A stretch of 64,000 bases of DNA, from the NCBI GenBank assembly GCA_000995185.1, contig LCET01000001.1:103028-167027 (forward strand), given 5' to 3'. Shown one piece after another: positions 29,806 to 39,311 of the stretch (position 1 is its first letter; every line of letters starts with the position of its first letter). The position numbers were made by a program, and so were the translations under genes. The DNA comes from Candidatus Woesebacteria bacterium GW2011_GWC1_42_9 (GTDB taxonomy: Bacteria > Patescibacteriota > Microgenomatia > UBA8517). The notes under the pieces are model-generated. The model was not told where the DNA came from. It searched no databases and saw only the letters and a list, made by a program, of their open reading frames with translations.

Positions 29806-31008
29806 ATGAAAGTACTCTTTTTGGTACCGTTTTTACCAAATACTTCGATGTCTGGCGGTCAAACTAGATGGTACAACTTGATTAAGTACATGTCTCCCAA
29901 TCACGAAATCACTTTATTTTCCCTAATTAAGGACGAATCTGAAAGAAAGTTTATCCCGGAACTAGAAAAGTATTGCAAAAAAGTGCGCGTATTTAAGCGA
30001 CCCAAGTCTCCTTGGACAATAAGAAACATATTGCTTAGTGTTTTTTTACCCTTTCCGTTATTGCTAATTCGAAACTTTTCTTTCTTAGAACGGATTGCGG
30101 TTAAAAAAGAACTGGAAAGTGAAAATTACGATTTAATTCACGCCGAGGCGTTTTATGTTATGCCTCATATTCCTAAGACCAATGTCCCCTCTATTCAAGT
30201 TGAGCAAACAATTTGGCACAAAGTTTACGAACATCATGTAAAAACTAAAACCCCTTTTTTTGTAAGGCCATTATTTATGCTTGATGTATATAAACTTAAA
30301 TATTGGGAAATATATTTTTGGAAAAAGGCTACGAAGCTTTTTACAGTTTCTCCTGATGACAAAGTTTTAATGGAAGAGTTAATTCCAGGAGAAAAGGTTG
30401 GCGTAATTCCAAATGGAGTTGATGTTTCTCTTTATGCCGCAAAAAAAGTGAAAAAACTTGTTCCACCAAGAGTTATGTATGGAGTTACAAATTTTGAGTG
30501 GTTACAAAACGTAGAAGCAGTAGACTTATTAGTTGAAGAAGTTTGGCCAAAAATTATTTCTGAATTTAAAGACGCAAAGCTTTGGATCGTAGGAAGAAAA
30601 ATTCCTCAAAGAATTTTGGATTTGGCCAAAAGAGATGATATCGAAATTACAGAATCTATTCCTGATGCTAGAGATGCATACCTTGCCTCTACTGTTATGG
30701 TAACCCCAATTAAAGGTTCCGGAGGAACTCGCTTGAAGATTTTAGAAGCACTGGCAGCAGGATTGCCGATAGTTTCAACAAGTACGGGAGTTGCAGGACT
30801 TAATCTAGTTAGCGGCAAGCATGCATTAATAACAGATAAACCTCAAGAGCTGGCAAGTCTTACTGTAAGCTTGTTAAAAAATCCCCAGAAAGCTCAAGAG
30901 ATAGGCGAGGCAGGAAGAAAGTTCGTTCGAGATAATTTTGACTGGAAAGCAATTGTAAAATTACATGATCCTATATATAAAGCATTAATCAATGGGAAAA
31001 ACGGCTAA
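29806..31008 (+). CDS. GT4 family glycosyltransferase.
   Basis: GGTRLKILEALAAGLPIVSTSTGVAGLNLVSGKHALITDKPQE. Confidence 0.8.
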   Translation: MKVLFLVPFLPNTSMSGGQTRWYNLIKYMSPNHEITLFSLIKDESERKFIPELEKYCKKVRVFKRPKSPWTIRNILLSVFLPFPLLLIRNFSFLERIAVKKELESENYDLIHAEAFYVMPHIPKTNVPSIQVEQTIWHKVYEHHVKTKTPFFVRPLFMLDVYKLKYWEIYFWKKATKLFTVSPDDKVLMEELIPGEKVGVIPNGVDVSLYAAKKVKKLVPPRVMYGVTNFEWLQNVEAVDLLVEEVWPKIISEFKDAKLWIVGRKIPQRILDLAKRDDIEITESIPDARDAYLASTVMVTPIKGSGGTRLKILEALAAGLPIVSTSTGVAGLNLVSGKHALITDKPQELASLTVSLLKNPQKAQEIGEAGRKFVRDNFDWKAIVKLHDPIYKALINGKNG

Positions 31009-31864
31009 ATTATCAATAATTATAGTTAGTTATAATACCAAAAAGTTGTTAAATGATTGCCTTCATTCATTGGAAAAGGTTGCTAGGGAAGCCGATTTTG
31101 AAGTAGTAGTTTGCGATAATCGGTCTGTTGACGGGAGCGTAGACATGATTAAAAAAAGTTTTCCTTGGGTAAAATTAATTGTTAATGATAATAATTTAGG
31201 CTTTGCTAAGGGCAATAATGTTGCCAGAGGAATAGCCTTAGGTAAATATATTTTATTTTTAAATCCAGATACTTTAGTATTTCCCGGTGCAATTGGGAAG
31301 ACAATTTCATATTTAGATACTCATAAGGAGGTGGGGGCGATCACTTGTAAAGTGGTCTTACCAAATGGCAAGCTCGATAAAGATACGAGGCGATCCTTCC
31401 CTACTCCCTGGGTAGCACTCACCCACTTTTCGGGATTAGATCGCGTTTTTCCTAAGTCTAAAATCTTCTCGAAATATTGGTATGGGTATTTGAGCGCATC
31501 TTTCGAGCATGAAGTGGAAGTATTGCAAGGAGCATTTTTTATGACTAGAAAAAAGATCTTGGATAAAGTTGGCTGGTTTGACGAGGACTATTTCTTGAAT
31601 GGTGAAGACATTGATCTTTGCTGGAGGATAAAATTACTGAAGTATAAAATTATCTATTTCCCGGAAGTTAAAATTATTCACCTTAAAAAGGGTTCGAAGA
31701 AAAAAGCAAAAAGTTTGAAAATTGAGCTTGCCGGAGTGGAAGCGATGGAGATTTTCTATCGAAAAAGACTTTGGAAACGCTATTCTCTATTAACAAGTTA
31801 TTCAGTAATTTTTGGGATAAAAATAATTAAATTAGTAAGACTTGTGAAATATTACTTTCTATGA
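30992..31864 (+). CDS. GT2 family glycosyltransferase.
   Basis: LSIIIVSYNTKKLLNDCLHSL...VVVCDNRSVDGS and DEDYFLNGEDIDLCWR. Confidence 0.8.
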   Translation: MGKTAKLSIIIVSYNTKKLLNDCLHSLEKVAREADFEVVVCDNRSVDGSVDMIKKSFPWVKLIVNDNNLGFAKGNNVARGIALGKYILFLNPDTLVFPGAIGKTISYLDTHKEVGAITCKVVLPNGKLDKDTRRSFPTPWVALTHFSGLDRVFPKSKIFSKYWYGYLSASFEHEVEVLQGAFFMTRKKILDKVGWFDEDYFLNGEDIDLCWRIKLLKYKIIYFPEVKIIHLKKGSKKKAKSLKIELAGVEAMEIFYRKRLWKRYSLLTSYSVIFGIKIIKLVRLVKYYFL

Positions 31865-32985
31865 AGATTTTATTGGACGCAAGGCTCTATGGACTTGAGA
31901 ACGCGGGGCTTGGAAGGTATGCGATTAATCTGATTAGGGAGCTCCAGAGAATAGATAAAAAGAATGATTACGCGGTTCTTTTGAGAAAAAAGTACTTTGA
32001 TGAATTGAAGCTTGGGAATAATTGGAAAAAAATATTAGCGGACTTTCGGCATTATAGTGCGAAAGAACAGTTATTGCTTCCAAAAATAATCTCAAATTAT
32101 GGCCCCGACATGGCCCATTTTTTACACTTCAATGTACCTATCTTTTATAGAGGAAAATTTGTTGTTACGATTCACGACCTTTTGATGCATAAAGAAAAGG
32201 GTAAACGCTCTACTACTCTGCCGGCTTACGCTTATCACATCAAAAGAGCTGGCTATAAATTAGTTTTTCATAGAGCCGCGAAAAGGGCATCCCAGATTAT
32301 TGTCCCAAGTAATGACGTGGCCAGCGAGGTAATTTCATACTATCATCTTGGCGCTGATAAAGTTCGAGTGATATATGAGGGTGTTGATCCGAGAATTTCA
32401 GTAAATAGATATGTGGCGAAGGCACTCACGAAGTTTTCTCTAGACCGTCAATATTTTATGTATGCCGGGAATGTTTTTCCTCACAAAAATATTGAGCGGG
32501 CACTGGAAGCAGTTTCATTGATCAAGACAAAAGAAGGAAAAACGCCAATTTTGCTTGTGATTACCAAAGAAAGTGAATTTAGTAAAAGATTAATGAGCAC
32601 TGCGATTAGGATGAGGACTGAGGAATTTTTAAAAATAATCAGTCAGGTTAGTGATGAGGAGCTTGGTACATTGATGAAAAATTCGTTAGGGTTTATTTTC
32701 CCCTCATTATCTGAAGGTTTTGGCCTCCCCGGGCTTGAAGCAATGAGCATCGGTACGTTAGTTTTAGCTTCAGACATTCCCGTCTTTAGGGAAATTTACA
32801 AGGATAACGCGATATATTTTAACCCGTACGATTTCTCCTCGATTAGGGGTTCTATGCAGACAGTTATCGATATGAAGGAGGGCGACAGGAAGAGGAGAAT
32901 TAGCGAGGGTAAGAAATTTACTAAAAGATATTCATGGGAGAAAACTGCCAGAGCGACATTGAAAGTATATGAAAAAACTGCATAA
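31861..32985 (+). CDS. GT4 family glycosyltransferase.
   Basis: FIFPSLSEGFGLPGLEAMSIGTLVLASDIPVFREIYKDNAIYFNP. Confidence 0.8.
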   Translation: MKILLDARLYGLENAGLGRYAINLIRELQRIDKKNDYAVLLRKKYFDELKLGNNWKKILADFRHYSAKEQLLLPKIISNYGPDMAHFLHFNVPIFYRGKFVVTIHDLLMHKEKGKRSTTLPAYAYHIKRAGYKLVFHRAAKRASQIIVPSNDVASEVISYYHLGADKVRVIYEGVDPRISVNRYVAKALTKFSLDRQYFMYAGNVFPHKNIERALEAVSLIKTKEGKTPILLVITKESEFSKRLMSTAIRMRTEEFLKIISQVSDEELGTLMKNSLGFIFPSLSEGFGLPGLEAMSIGTLVLASDIPVFREIYKDNAIYFNPYDFSSIRGSMQTVIDMKEGDRKRRISEGKKFTKRYSWEKTARATLKVYEKTA

Positions 32986-32994
32986 TGGCAGCTA

Positions 32995-34071
32995 ATGAGG
33001 ACGGTGATTGTCTATGATCGGGTAAATAAGTGGGGCGGGGCAGAGAGACTACTTTTGTCTTTAAATAAAATATTTCCCGAGGCTCCTCTTTATACTTCTG
33101 TTTATTCTCCAGACAGCGCTAAATGGGCAAAAGCTTTTCCAAAAGTATCCCCAAGCTTTCTGCAAAAAATTCCGGGAGCTTTAAATAATCACGATAAATT
33201 GGCACTACTTATGCCTTTGGCATTTGAATCGTTTGATTTTAGGGAGTTTGATTTAGTGATCAGTGTAACAAGTGAGGCCGCCAAGGGGATTATTACACGT
33301 CCTGAAACAAGGCATCTTTGTATTTGTCTGACGCCAACGAGGTACTTATGGAGCGGATATGATGACTATTTCAACACTTTAATGAAAAAAAGTGTCTCGA
33401 AAATTGCAGTAGATTACTTGAGGAATTGGGACAAAGTAGCTGCCCAGCGGCCAGACACGATGATCGCTATCTCCAAAGAAGTGCAAAAGAGGATAAAAAA
33501 ATACTATGGGAGAGAGTCGGAAGTTATTTATCCCCCGGCCGGCGAATTAAAAACTAATAATTTAAAATTAAAAATTAATACACATGATTATTTTTTGATT
33601 GTTTCCAGATTGGTTTCATATAAAAGGGTGGACTTGGCAATTAAGGTATTTAATGAATTGGATTTACCATTAGTGATCGTTGGTACTGGAAGTGAAGAGC
33701 GAAAATTAAGACAGATGTCAAAGAAGAATATTATTTTTACAGGGCGATTGACAGAGAGCGAGCTTGCCAATTACTATTATAGAAGCAAGGCTTTGGTATT
33801 TCCGCAAAAGGAGGACTTGGGGTTGGTCTCCCTGGAAGCACAAAATTTTGGTAAGCCGGTTATAGCTTTTTATGGCGGAGGGGCCAAGGAAACAGTGATA
33901 AATAATAAAACCGGTGTATTTTTTTACACGCAAAGTGTGAGTGAACTAAAGAATGCCCTGAAAAAGTTCTCGGGAATGAAGTTTAGCGAGAAAATTATCA
34001 AGAAAAACAGCGCCAGATTTTCTGAAAAGCGATTTAAGATAGAATTATTGAAGAGGATAAAAAATGTCTGA
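32995..34071 (+). CDS. GT4 family glycosyltransferase.
   Basis: LVFPQKEDLGLVSLEAQNFGKPVIAFYGGGAKETVINNKTGVFF. Confidence 0.75.
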   Translation: MRTVIVYDRVNKWGGAERLLLSLNKIFPEAPLYTSVYSPDSAKWAKAFPKVSPSFLQKIPGALNNHDKLALLMPLAFESFDFREFDLVISVTSEAAKGIITRPETRHLCICLTPTRYLWSGYDDYFNTLMKKSVSKIAVDYLRNWDKVAAQRPDTMIAISKEVQKRIKKYYGRESEVIYPPAGELKTNNLKLKINTHDYFLIVSRLVSYKRVDLAIKVFNELDLPLVIVGTGSEERKLRQMSKKNIIFTGRLTESELANYYYRSKALVFPQKEDLGLVSLEAQNFGKPVIAFYGGGAKETVINNKTGVFFYTQSVSELKNALKKFSGMKFSEKIIKKNSARFSEKRFKIELLKRIKNV

Positions 34072-35182
34072 AGAGAATTATAAAAAGCATTTATATGCGT
34101 TGATACTTGCCGGTGGTGGCGGCACAAGATTGTGGCCTCGTTCTCGGGAGAAAACTCCAAAGCAGTTTTTAAAATTATTTGGCGGGAAGACCCTCACACA
34201 GATTACTGCTAAAAGGTTTCGCAAGATATTACCTTGGCAGAGGATATATTGTGTAACTGTTTCGGATGCATATAAGCGCGAGCTTCTTAGGGAGTTACCT
34301 GGCTTTGTTCCTGGAAATATCATCGTTGAGCCAGCTCGGAGGGAAACCGGGCCTGCTCACGGAATTGGAGCAGTTTATATCCAAAATAGGGATCCTGATG
34401 CGGTGATAATTACCGAGTCGGTCGATAGGCTTGTGAAACCGGTCCCAACTTATTTAAAAACGCTAAAAGTAGCCGCGCAAGTGGCCTATGACCAAAAGGT
34501 GATGGTCGCCATCGGAGTTGAGCCCCGCTACCCGAACGTCGGCTATGGGCATATAAAGAAGGGGGCAGAAATTGATAAAGTTAACGGCGTTAAATTTTTT
34601 AAGCTTGAGAAATTTGTAGAAAAGCCTCCTCTGGCGTTGGCTAAGAAATATACTTCTTCTGGAAAGTATTTATGGAATGCAGGGCAATTTGTGTGGAGGG
34701 CGGACGTCCTTCTTGCTTCGATAAAGAAACATGAGCCAAAGATATCTTCAGCACTTGATAAAATTTCTGGGGCAATAGGGACTGAAAATGAAAAGGAAAT
34801 GGTTGCCCGCGTATATAAAAGTATGCCCAAAATATCGATTGATTACGCCGTGGCAGAGAGAGATCGCAATTTTGTACTCGTGTCAGCCGACTTTTTCTGG
34901 ACGGATATAGGTGACTGGAAAGAGGTATGGGAAAATCTAGCGAAGGATAATGTTGGGAACGTGATCATTGATGGTGATGAGCCTGGCGGAGAGGTGATAA
35001 ATATTGATACTTCTGATGCTTTAGTCCACAAAGACGGGCGCTTGATCGCCTTGGTTGACGTTGACAATATTATCATTGTAGATACCAAAGATGCCCTGTT
35101 GGTTTGCTCAAAGAGCATGGCCCAAAATGTAAAAAAGATTGTCCAGGAACTTAAAGAGCGAAAGGACACAAGTTTGTTATAA
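34064..35182 (+). CDS. Mannose-1-phosphate guanylyltransferase (NTP_transferase plus ManC C-terminal domain).
   Basis: N-terminal ALILAGGGGTRLWPRSREKTPKQF and overall ManC/CpsB-like layout. Confidence 0.75.
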   Translation: MSEENYKKHLYALILAGGGGTRLWPRSREKTPKQFLKLFGGKTLTQITAKRFRKILPWQRIYCVTVSDAYKRELLRELPGFVPGNIIVEPARRETGPAHGIGAVYIQNRDPDAVIITESVDRLVKPVPTYLKTLKVAAQVAYDQKVMVAIGVEPRYPNVGYGHIKKGAEIDKVNGVKFFKLEKFVEKPPLALAKKYTSSGKYLWNAGQFVWRADVLLASIKKHEPKISSALDKISGAIGTENEKEMVARVYKSMPKISIDYAVAERDRNFVLVSADFFWTDIGDWKEVWENLAKDNVGNVIIDGDEPGGEVINIDTSDALVHKDGRLIALVDVDNIIIVDTKDALLVCSKSMAQNVKKIVQELKERKDTSLL

Positions 35183-35201
35183 TATCCCGCTGCCCAAGAA
35201 G

Positions 35202-35843
35202 ATGTTATATTTTTTTGTCAAAAGGACGATAGATATATTTGGATCCCTGTTTTTGTTGGCGATCTTTTTTCCTTTGTTGATTGCGGTTGCCATCATCATT
35301 AAATTAACCTCAAATGGTCCCTTATTTGCAGATACGCCAAAACGCGTGGGGAAAAGAGGAACACCTTTTTTTGCATATAAATTTCGTTCGATGATCGTTA
35401 ACGCCCACAAACTCCTAAGGACCGACCCGAAGTATAAAAGTGCTTTAAAAGAGCTTGAACAAGGGGGAAATTATAAAATAAAAAGGGATCCGCGGGTCAC
35501 TCCAATCGGTAGAATAATCAGAAAACACTCTATCGATGAAATACCCCAGCTTTTTAACGTCCTAAAGGGAGAGATGAGTATTGTCGGCCCGAGACCTTAT
35601 TATCAGGAAGAATTAGTTAAGCAGCAAGAAAAATTTCCGGGGACCGAGGGCTATGTCAAAGAAATGCTCAAAGTTAAGCCTGGGATAACCGGCTATTGGC
35701 AAGTGACGGGGAGAAGCGATGTCGCCTTTGATAAAAGGATCGAAATGGACGCATACTATGCCAAAAGGCGATCAGTTTTACTGGATATTTTGATATTATT
35801 AAAGACGCCATGGGTGATGATCTCGGGGAAAGGAGCTGCCTAA
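35202..35843 (+). CDS. Initiating sugar-1-phosphate polyprenyl-phosphate transferase (Bac_transf/WbaP C-terminal domain type).
   Basis: KRTIDIFGSL...PLFADTPKRVGKRGTPFFAYKFRSM...DPRVTPIGRIIRKHSIDEIPQLFNVLKGEMSIVGPRP. The ORF track start is 35139; the Met at 35202 follows the upstream stop. Confidence 0.85.
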   Translation: MLYFFVKRTIDIFGSLFLLAIFFPLLIAVAIIIKLTSNGPLFADTPKRVGKRGTPFFAYKFRSMIVNAHKLLRTDPKYKSALKELEQGGNYKIKRDPRVTPIGRIIRKHSIDEIPQLFNVLKGEMSIVGPRPYYQEELVKQQEKFPGTEGYVKEMLKVKPGITGYWQVTGRSDVAFDKRIEMDAYYAKRRSVLLDILILLKTPWVMISGKGAA

Positions 35844-35852
35844 TAGTGTAAT

Positions 35853-37823
35853 ATGAATGACATGCCTCAAATTAATTTTGAAGAGTCCCTAGTCCAAATT
35901 AAGCCGGATGAGAAACCTATAAAAAGATTTAGGTTTTGGAAGTTCCATCGCCCTGGAAAAAGGATTTTGATCGGTTTATCGCTTGCCTTTGTCGTTTTAT
36001 TTGTTCTTATCCTATTTCCCGCTCTTCGGGTTTATCGAAGCGGCATGGTCTTGGCAGAGAGCGCCAGGCGTGCAAAAGACTCCGTGAACAGCCAGGATAT
36101 CACGGTTGTAAGAGGCGAGCTTAATAATTTTAAGGGTGATTTGGAGAGTTTTCAGGGCGCCTACAGATGGTTTGGCTGGGTGCAATACATCCCCTGGGCG
36201 GGGAGATACTGGAAAGACGGTAATGCAGGGATAAAGGCAGGACTTCATGGATTAGCCGCGGCAGATAAAGTGATTGAAACACTGTCCCCGTATGCGGATA
36301 TTATCGGCTTTGCCGGACCAGAGAGCGATACTGCTCAAAGCGGGGAAGATACCGCAAATGACCGGATTGAGTTTTTGGTACAGTCGGTTGAGCAAATAAC
36401 TCCTCAGATTGATGGAATTTCCGCCGAAGCCCAAGCCGCCGTCGCAGAATTATCTAAAATCGATCCAAACCGGTACCCAAAGGAATTTAGGGGAATTCCC
36501 GTCCGCGAAAAACTAAAAAACGGGATAAACCTGGCGATAGTTGGCGCCGGCTTTGTTTCAAAGTCAAAACCTTTGATGGAGGCCGCCCCATATATGCTTG
36601 GGATGGACGAAGAGCGCACGTATTTGGTTCTTTTCCAAAATGACAAAGAGCTAAGACCGACTGGCGGATTTATCACCGCCTACTCGATCATGACAGTAAA
36701 AAATGGGAAAGTAAGCCAGGTGAATTCGAGCGATATATATCATTTGGATAATGCCTACCGGCCAGTCGTTCCTGCTCCGGACCCGATCATTAATTACATC
36801 AAGGGAGTTTATGCGGCTTTGGATAAGTTTCGCTTAAGAGACATGAATTGGTCGCCTGATTTCCGAGAAAGCATGGACCTGTTTATGAACGAGGCCGAGA
36901 AGGCCGGGATTGAGGATATCGATGGTGTGATCGCGGTTGATACTCATGTTGTAGTTAATCTTCTTAAGGCGATCGGGCAGATTGGTGTGCCAGGATTTGG
37001 CAATTTTAGCGCTGAAAATGATGAGCGCTGTAATTGCCCGCAGGTAGTTTATGAGCTGGAAAGCTTTGCAGACGTGGAGGGGCCGGTTGTTTGGAGTGAA
37101 AATGAGCCGGAGAAGATCGTCTTTGCTCCCCCAAATTATGATAATCGCAAAAAAATTGTCGGTCCTTTGATGAATTCACTTTTGGGAAATGCCTTGGGAC
37201 AACCAAAGGAAAAGCTACCGGATCTTTTTGAAGCCGCGTGGGATTCGATCAATGAAAAGCATGTCCTGATTTACATGTTTGATGAAAATGCCCAAAAGGG
37301 AGTGGAGAGCTTTGAAATCGCCGGTAGAATTAAAGATATTGAGGGCGACTATCTACATATAAATGATGCTAATTTAGGGGGCAGGAAGTCAAACATGTAT
37401 GTCACCCAAGAAGTATCCCAGGACGTAGATATTGCCCGAGACGGCACAGTTACAAAAACACTAAGCATTACCTATAAAAACCCTCAGGACTACGATGGCT
37501 GGCTTAATTCGGTCCTCCCTAATTGGACGAGAATTTATGTGCCGAGAGGGAGTGAACTCGTTTCCGTTGACGGATTTGACGATGAAGGGGAGACCTATGA
37601 GGAGCTTGGCAAGACTGTCTTTTCCGGAGGATTTGAGCTTCGTCCTCAAGGCATAAAGCAGATAATCATTGTCTATAAATTGCCTTTTAAAGTAAGCGAT
37701 GATTACTGGGTTTACTTGCAAAAACAGCCCGGGACGGATATGCCGCTCTATGTCGTTAATGTTGGTGGGAAAACTGAAGAGCTATTTCTTAAAACTGACC
37801 AACACCTGAAGTTTTCGATCTAA
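35853..37823 (+). CDS. N-terminally TM-anchored large extracytoplasmic protein, probably DUF4012 family.
   Basis: A single N-terminal TM helix. LRPTGGFITAYS motif. Positioned next to the priming sugar transferase, as in other polysaccharide loci. Confidence 0.5.
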   Translation: MNDMPQINFEESLVQIKPDEKPIKRFRFWKFHRPGKRILIGLSLAFVVLFVLILFPALRVYRSGMVLAESARRAKDSVNSQDITVVRGELNNFKGDLESFQGAYRWFGWVQYIPWAGRYWKDGNAGIKAGLHGLAAADKVIETLSPYADIIGFAGPESDTAQSGEDTANDRIEFLVQSVEQITPQIDGISAEAQAAVAELSKIDPNRYPKEFRGIPVREKLKNGINLAIVGAGFVSKSKPLMEAAPYMLGMDEERTYLVLFQNDKELRPTGGFITAYSIMTVKNGKVSQVNSSDIYHLDNAYRPVVPAPDPIINYIKGVYAALDKFRLRDMNWSPDFRESMDLFMNEAEKAGIEDIDGVIAVDTHVVVNLLKAIGQIGVPGFGNFSAENDERCNCPQVVYELESFADVEGPVVWSENEPEKIVFAPPNYDNRKKIVGPLMNSLLGNALGQPKEKLPDLFEAAWDSINEKHVLIYMFDENAQKGVESFEIAGRIKDIEGDYLHINDANLGGRKSNMYVTQEVSQDVDIARDGTVTKTLSITYKNPQDYDGWLNSVLPNWTRIYVPRGSELVSVDGFDDEGETYEELGKTVFSGGFELRPQGIKQIIIVYKLPFKVSDDYWVYLQKQPGTDMPLYVVNVGGKTEELFLKTDQHLKFSI

Positions 37824-38620
37824 TGATCTGGGAGGAGATTTTTGCAAGCGGGGACACTTCCTACTCCGAGTCAGGTAAGACCCAAAATCAGCTTTTTGAG
37901 CTAGTTAAGCTTCGTTTCTTAATTACGATTTTTCCAAAAAAACATTCTCTAATTCTTGAGGTTGGCTGCGGCGCGGCCCGGACTTCGCTTTATTTTGCCA
38001 AAAGGGGACATGAGACTACTTTACTTGATCAAAGTGATGAAGTTTTAAAAATCGCCAAGGAAAATTATAAAAAAGAAAAAGCAAAAGGAAAATTTGTCGT
38101 CGGGGATGCTGAAAAATTACCGTTTGATAGTAACCAATTTGATGTTGTGATGAGCTTTGGATTGTTGGAGCATTTTAGGAAGCCTGAGATAGTGATCACT
38201 GAAATGGTAAGGGTGCTTAAACCCGGTGGATTGTTTTTTGCGGACATTGTCCCCAAACGATTTTCGGTGCAATCGATTGGCAATGTTATCAACTTTATTT
38301 TTTCAATAATTTACTGGACTATAAAATTAAAGCCACTTGTGGGAATTAAAAGAGGGATGCGGAATTTCAGGCCGCTTTATTATGAAAATGCCCTTTCCTG
38401 GATGAAATACAAAAAAATAATGGAGGAGGCAGGAGCAAAGGGCATAAAAGTACGCGGCAACCGTCCCTGGCCGAGACTTACTCTGCCGATGGCAGCAGAT
38501 AGACTTTATGCGGGAGTATTAAAGCCGACGATGCTTTTTTGGAGAAAATTTGACACATGGGATAATTTTTTCCCTCGCTTCTGGGGAGCCGGCTGGTGGT
38601 TCTGGGGAATAAAGCGATAA
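37823..38620 (+). CDS. Class I SAM-dependent methyltransferase (Methyltransf_11).
   Basis: ILEVGCGAARTSLYFAKRGHETTLLDQS...FDVVMSFGLLEHF. The start overlaps the upstream stop (TAATG). Confidence 0.75.
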   Translation: MIWEEIFASGDTSYSESGKTQNQLFELVKLRFLITIFPKKHSLILEVGCGAARTSLYFAKRGHETTLLDQSDEVLKIAKENYKKEKAKGKFVVGDAEKLPFDSNQFDVVMSFGLLEHFRKPEIVITEMVRVLKPGGLFFADIVPKRFSVQSIGNVINFIFSIIYWTIKLKPLVGIKRGMRNFRPLYYENALSWMKYKKIMEEAGAKGIKVRGNRPWPRLTLPMAADRLYAGVLKPTMLFWRKFDTWDNFFPRFWGAGWWFWGIKR

Positions 38621-38677
38621 TTTGGTATAATTTCGCAAACCAAGTCAAGCGGAGGTTAAAATGAATAGCAAAAGTAA

Positions 38678-38710
38678 GCCCTCGAGATGCGTCCCGAGGG
38701 CATTTGTTTT
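38678..38710 (+). terminator. Rho-independent terminator closing the 26-kb glycosylation array.
   Basis: GCCCTCG-(10 nt loop)-CGAGGGC, a perfect 7-bp GC-rich stem, followed by ATTTGTTTT. Confidence 0.6.
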
Positions 38711-38744
38711 GAAGGGCCACCTTTCGGCGTAGTAGAATCGCTGT

Positions 38745-39287
38745 GTGGGAAGGACATATGTTTCAGATGGGGTTGTGTTGGCTTCGCGTGATTACAGTGA
38801 GGCGGATAAAATATTGGTAGTTCTCTCGAAAGATTTTGGCAGAGTGTCGCTTATTGCCAAAGGCGTTAAAAAGCTCAAAAGCCGTAAGCGCGGGCACGTC
38901 GAAATCTTTAATCATATAAAGTTCCAAGCTGCTCGGGGGAAATCTTTGGATATTATTACCGAGGCAGAAATTATCAATGCTTTTTCAAGGGTCAGGAAAA
39001 ACTTAGTAAAGACTTCTGTCGCCTATTATTTTGCGGAGGTGATCGGGCGTACTACCCGCGACCACGAAAGAAATGAAGTGCTGTACGGACACCTATTAGA
39101 TAGCCTCACGAAGCTCCAAAAAAGCGAGAATTTGAAAGAATTAAGGCGTGATTTTGCGGTAAGGGCTTTGGAGATCCTAGGCTTCTGGCCAAAAAACAAA
39201 AAAATCGCCGATCCGGACAGATTTATCGAGGAAATCCTCGAGCGTGAGCTAGCGAGCATTAGAGTGGGCAAAAGGCTTCAAGGGTAG
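38745..39287 (+). CDS. recO: DNA repair protein RecO (short form).
   Basis: GTG start. N-terminal OB-fold region DGVVLASRDYSEADKILVVLSKDFGRVSLIAKGVKKLKS matches RecO_N. Confidence 0.65.
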   Translation: MGRTYVSDGVVLASRDYSEADKILVVLSKDFGRVSLIAKGVKKLKSRKRGHVEIFNHIKFQAARGKSLDIITEAEIINAFSRVRKNLVKTSVAYYFAEVIGRTTRDHERNEVLYGHLLDSLTKLQKSENLKELRRDFAVRALEILGFWPKNKKIADPDRFIEEILERELASIRVGKRLQG

Positions 39288-39311
39288 GGGAAAGTGGTAA
39301 AATAGGGCAGA

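Noticed and set aside
35139-35201. ORF-track N-terminal extension of the sugar transferase (start at 35139).
   Set aside because: It overlaps the upstream ManC gene by 44 nt and adds a non-conserved N-terminus. The Met at 35202 gives the canonical KRxxD start of Bac_transf proteins.
38661-38732. 23-codon ORF with a strong SD between the glycosylation array and recO.
   Set aside because: Too short and internally occupied by the terminator hairpin to call as a CDS. It is kept only as a low-interest finding.
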